Below are positions 61,190-64,000 of a stretch of DNA of 64,000 nt, piece by piece. The notes below the pieces were generated by a model. That model did no database searches, was not told the origin of the DNA, and saw only the letters and a list, made by a program, of their open reading frames with translations. Origin of the DNA: Eledone cirrhosa (taxonomy: Eukaryota); NCBI GenBank assembly GCA_964016885.1, contig OZ024760.1, positions 16,430,001-16,494,000 on the forward strand. Direction: 5' to 3'. Position numbers and translations under genes: made by a program. How positions within the stretch are numbered: the stretch's first letter is position 1; each line of letters begins with the position of its first letter.

Positions 61190-62035
61190 CTCACTAGCTT
61201 CCATTCGGTATTTGTGTAAACCCTTACCTACGGTCATGAACCTTGAGTAATGACCGAAAGAAGACGATCGCAAATACAAGCAGCCGAAATGGGATTCCTC
61301 TGAAGGGTCTTTGAAGTAATGTTACTTGTTAGAGTCTGTAGCTCGGAGATCAAAGAGTCACTCCAGGTAGAGCCGCTACTTTTCCGAATTAAGAGGTCAC
61401 AGCTCTGATACTATGAGTATGTGGTTAGAATGTCTCAGGAAAGAATCGCTGACATATTTGTAGCTCAGAGATCAGAGAGTCACTCCATGTAGAGCTGCTA
61501 CTTTTCCAAATTGAGTAATCACAGCTCTGATATTATGGACATGTGGTTAGAATGCCTCAGGAAAGAATCGCTGGGCATATTTGTAGCTCAGAGATCAGTG
61601 TCATTCCAGGTTGAGCTGCTACTTCTCCGAATTGAGAGATCACTGCTCCGATATTATGGACATGTGGTTAGAATGCTTCAGGAAAGAATCGCTGGACAGA
61701 TTTGTAGCTCAGAGATCAGTGTCATTCCAGGTTGAGCTGCTGCTACTTCTCCAAATTGAGTAATCACAGCTCTGATATTATGGACATGTGGTTAGAATGC
61801 CTCAAGAAAGAATCGCTGGACAGATTTTACGGGTAAAAACCAACCGGCAGGAGACCCAGAAGCAAACCCTGAGCAAGATGATTAGATAACATCCATGAGC
61901 TTGGCTGCTCTCGCTTGGAGAATCCAGCCGGATTAATTGGAGTCGGTTGCTTCTGACAGGACCCGATGGAAGGTGTGTTTGAGGATTATACTCCCTACTA
62001 CGACCTTCTCAGGAATAAGTGGACGAAGAAGAAGA
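61190..62035 (+). mobile_element. RTE-LINE 3' fragment with ~120-bp internal tandem repeats
   Basis: Homologous to 2692-3435; ends ...RPSQE* then GAAGAAGAAG. Confidence 0.78.
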
Positions 62036-62534
62036 AGGGAAAGACCATTATATTGACCCTATTACTTTCCTGAAAATTTATATTATCAATCAACTCGTAA
62101 AAGATGAAAGGCAAAGTTGACCTCGGCGGGATTCGAACACTGAACGTAAAGGGCCGGAACAAACCCCGCTCCGTCTTTGAACAACTTTTTAATGATGACG
62201 ATATTAATGGCAACCATACTTTAATAAAGATTATAGGGCAGAATCTCTGATCTATAGAAGAAGATCAATGACTGATTAACTAACTCGCCCTTGCTGCCAC
62301 AGATCGATAATCTATAAATATTCAGTTCGATATCACAAGAACATATATGAAACATTTAAAACGTGAGAAACAGAGGCCAAGATTGTTAAAGTGAAGGATG
62401 GAAAGGAGGAGGTGATAACATGAAAGTGTTGGAGGGGGAGGAGGAGCTGTGACTGTGTGGGAGGAGGTGGTGACTGACTGAGTGAGAGTAGGAGGAGCTA
62501 GAGAATGTCTGGGAGGGGGTGAATGTGTGAGAGT

Positions 62535-63425
62535 AGGAGGTGGTGGCGTTGGTGTTGTTGTTGTTGGTGGTGGCGTTGTTGTAGGTGGTGGTGGTGTTGT
62601 CGTCGTTGTCTTGGTGGTGGCGTTGTTGTCGTTGTCGTCGTCGTCATTTTGGTGGTGGTGGCGGCGTTGTTGTCGTTGTCGTCGTTGTTTTGGTGGTGGT
62701 GGCGGCGTTGTCTTGGTGGTGGCGTTGTTGACGTTGTCGTCGTCGTCGTTTTGGTGGCGGTGGCGGCGTTGTTGTCGTTGTCGTCGTTGTTTTGGTGGTG
62801 GTGGTGGCGTTGTTGTCGTTGTCGTCGTCGTCGTTTTGGTGGTGGTGGCGGCGTTGTCTTGGTGGTGGCGTTGTTGACGTTGTCGTCGTCGTCGTTTTGG
62901 TGGCGGCGTTGTTGTCGTTGTCGTCGTCGTTGTTTTGGTGGTGATGGCGGCGTTGTCTTGGTGGTGGCGTTGTTGACGTTGTCGTCGTCGTCGTTTTGGT
63001 GGCGGCGTTGTTGTCGTTGTCGTCGTTGTTTTGGTGGTGATGGCGGCGTTGTAGGTGGTGGTGGTGGTGTTGTCGTTGTCTTGGTGGTGGCGTTGTTGAC
63101 GTCGTCGTCGTCGTCATTTTGGTGGTGGAGGTGGTGGTGGCGTTGTTGTCGTCGTCGTTTTGGTGGCGGTGGTGGTGGTGGCGTTGTTGTCGTCGTCGTT
63201 TTGGTGGCGGTGGTGGTGGTGGCGTTGTTGTCGTCGTCGTTTTGGTGGCGGTGGTGGTGGTGGCGTTGTTGTCGTCGTCGTTTTGGTGGTGGTGGCGTTG
63301 TTGTCGTTGTCGTTTTGGTGGTGGAGGAGGTGGTGGCGTTGTTGTCGTTGTCGTTTTGGTGGTGGAGGAGGTGGTGGCGTTGTTGTCGTCGTCGTTTTGG
63401 TGGCGGAGGTAGGTGGTGGTGGAGG
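62535..63425. repeat. (GGT/GTC/GTT/GGC) complex trinucleotide repeat
   Basis: Direct inspection. Explains ORFs 62482-63514. Confidence 0.9.
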
Positions 63426-63596
63426 GGTGGCACACAGCTAAACCCATGAATTAACGTTTTAGCAACAGAGTTGACAGATTCCTGTAAATTAAATTTATGA
63501 CGTAGTTTAAACATGAGATCAAAGACTTTGGAGCGGAACGGCGTGTGATCGGGTGGAGGACATTCGATTATCGATCAGAAGCTGGATTTAACAAAC

Positions 63597-63958
63597 ATGT
63601 TATTTATTTACGCTAGATAATGTTATTTAGTGACGTTACGTAATGTTATTTAGTGACGTTACGTAATGGTTACGTAATATTATTTATTGACGCTAGATAA
63701 TGTTATTTGGTGACGTTACATAATGTTATTTATTGACGCTAGATAATGTTATTTGGTGACATTACAATGTTATTTATTGACGCTGGAAAATGCTATTTGG
63801 TGACGTTACATAATGTTATTTATTGACGCTAGATAATGTTATTTGGTGACATTACAATGTTATTTATTGACGCTGGAAAATGCTATTTGGTGACGTTACA
63901 TAATGTTATTTATTGACGCTAGCTAATGCTATTTATTAACACTATTTAGTGACGTAAA
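63597..63958. repeat. ~23-bp minisatellite with higher-order periodicity
   Basis: Alternating ATGTTATTTATTGACGCTAGATA and ATGTTATTTGGTGACGTTACATA. Confidence 0.9.
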
Positions 63959-64000
63959 ATAATTGTTTCTACTTTTGGCACAAGGCCAACAATTACCCAG

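Noticed and set aside
62482-63514. 267-338-aa ORFs on both strands
   Set aside because: Trinucleotide repeat open in several frames. An acceptor-like TTTACAG at ~63483 (-) exists but no partner exon is visible.

Overview
AT-rich, microsatellite- and SINE/MITE-dense eukaryotic DNA. The repeat families look like those of coleoid cephalopods (octopod-like); this is inferred, not shown. Nearly all ORFs in the supplied track are artefacts of simple repeats. Reading splice sites by hand gives three genes. (1) A complete 11-exon Smoothened (+, 42313-54337, 809 aa). (2) A complete 9-coding-exon TSEN2 tRNA-splicing endonuclease subunit (-, 36952-27751, 575 aa), head-to-head with Smoothened and carrying an expanded 30-aa Asp/Gly coding minisatellite. 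(3) The WW-domain first coding exon of a BAG3-like co-chaperone (-, 23367-23089), with heat-shock elements upstream. The rest is tRNA-derived SINEs, piggyBac-type (TTAA) and Tc1/pogo-type MITEs, RTE-LINE and mariner fragments, and minisatellites. The most unusual signal is a set of short non-coding elements in or next to (TA)n/(CA)n tracts that carry minimal type I hammerhead ribozymes (intact at 1906-1964, covarying homolog at 59649-59689) and/or long fold-back palindromes. These resemble Penelope-like pLTRs or retrozymes. Human residue numbers are recalled from memory and need checking by alignment.
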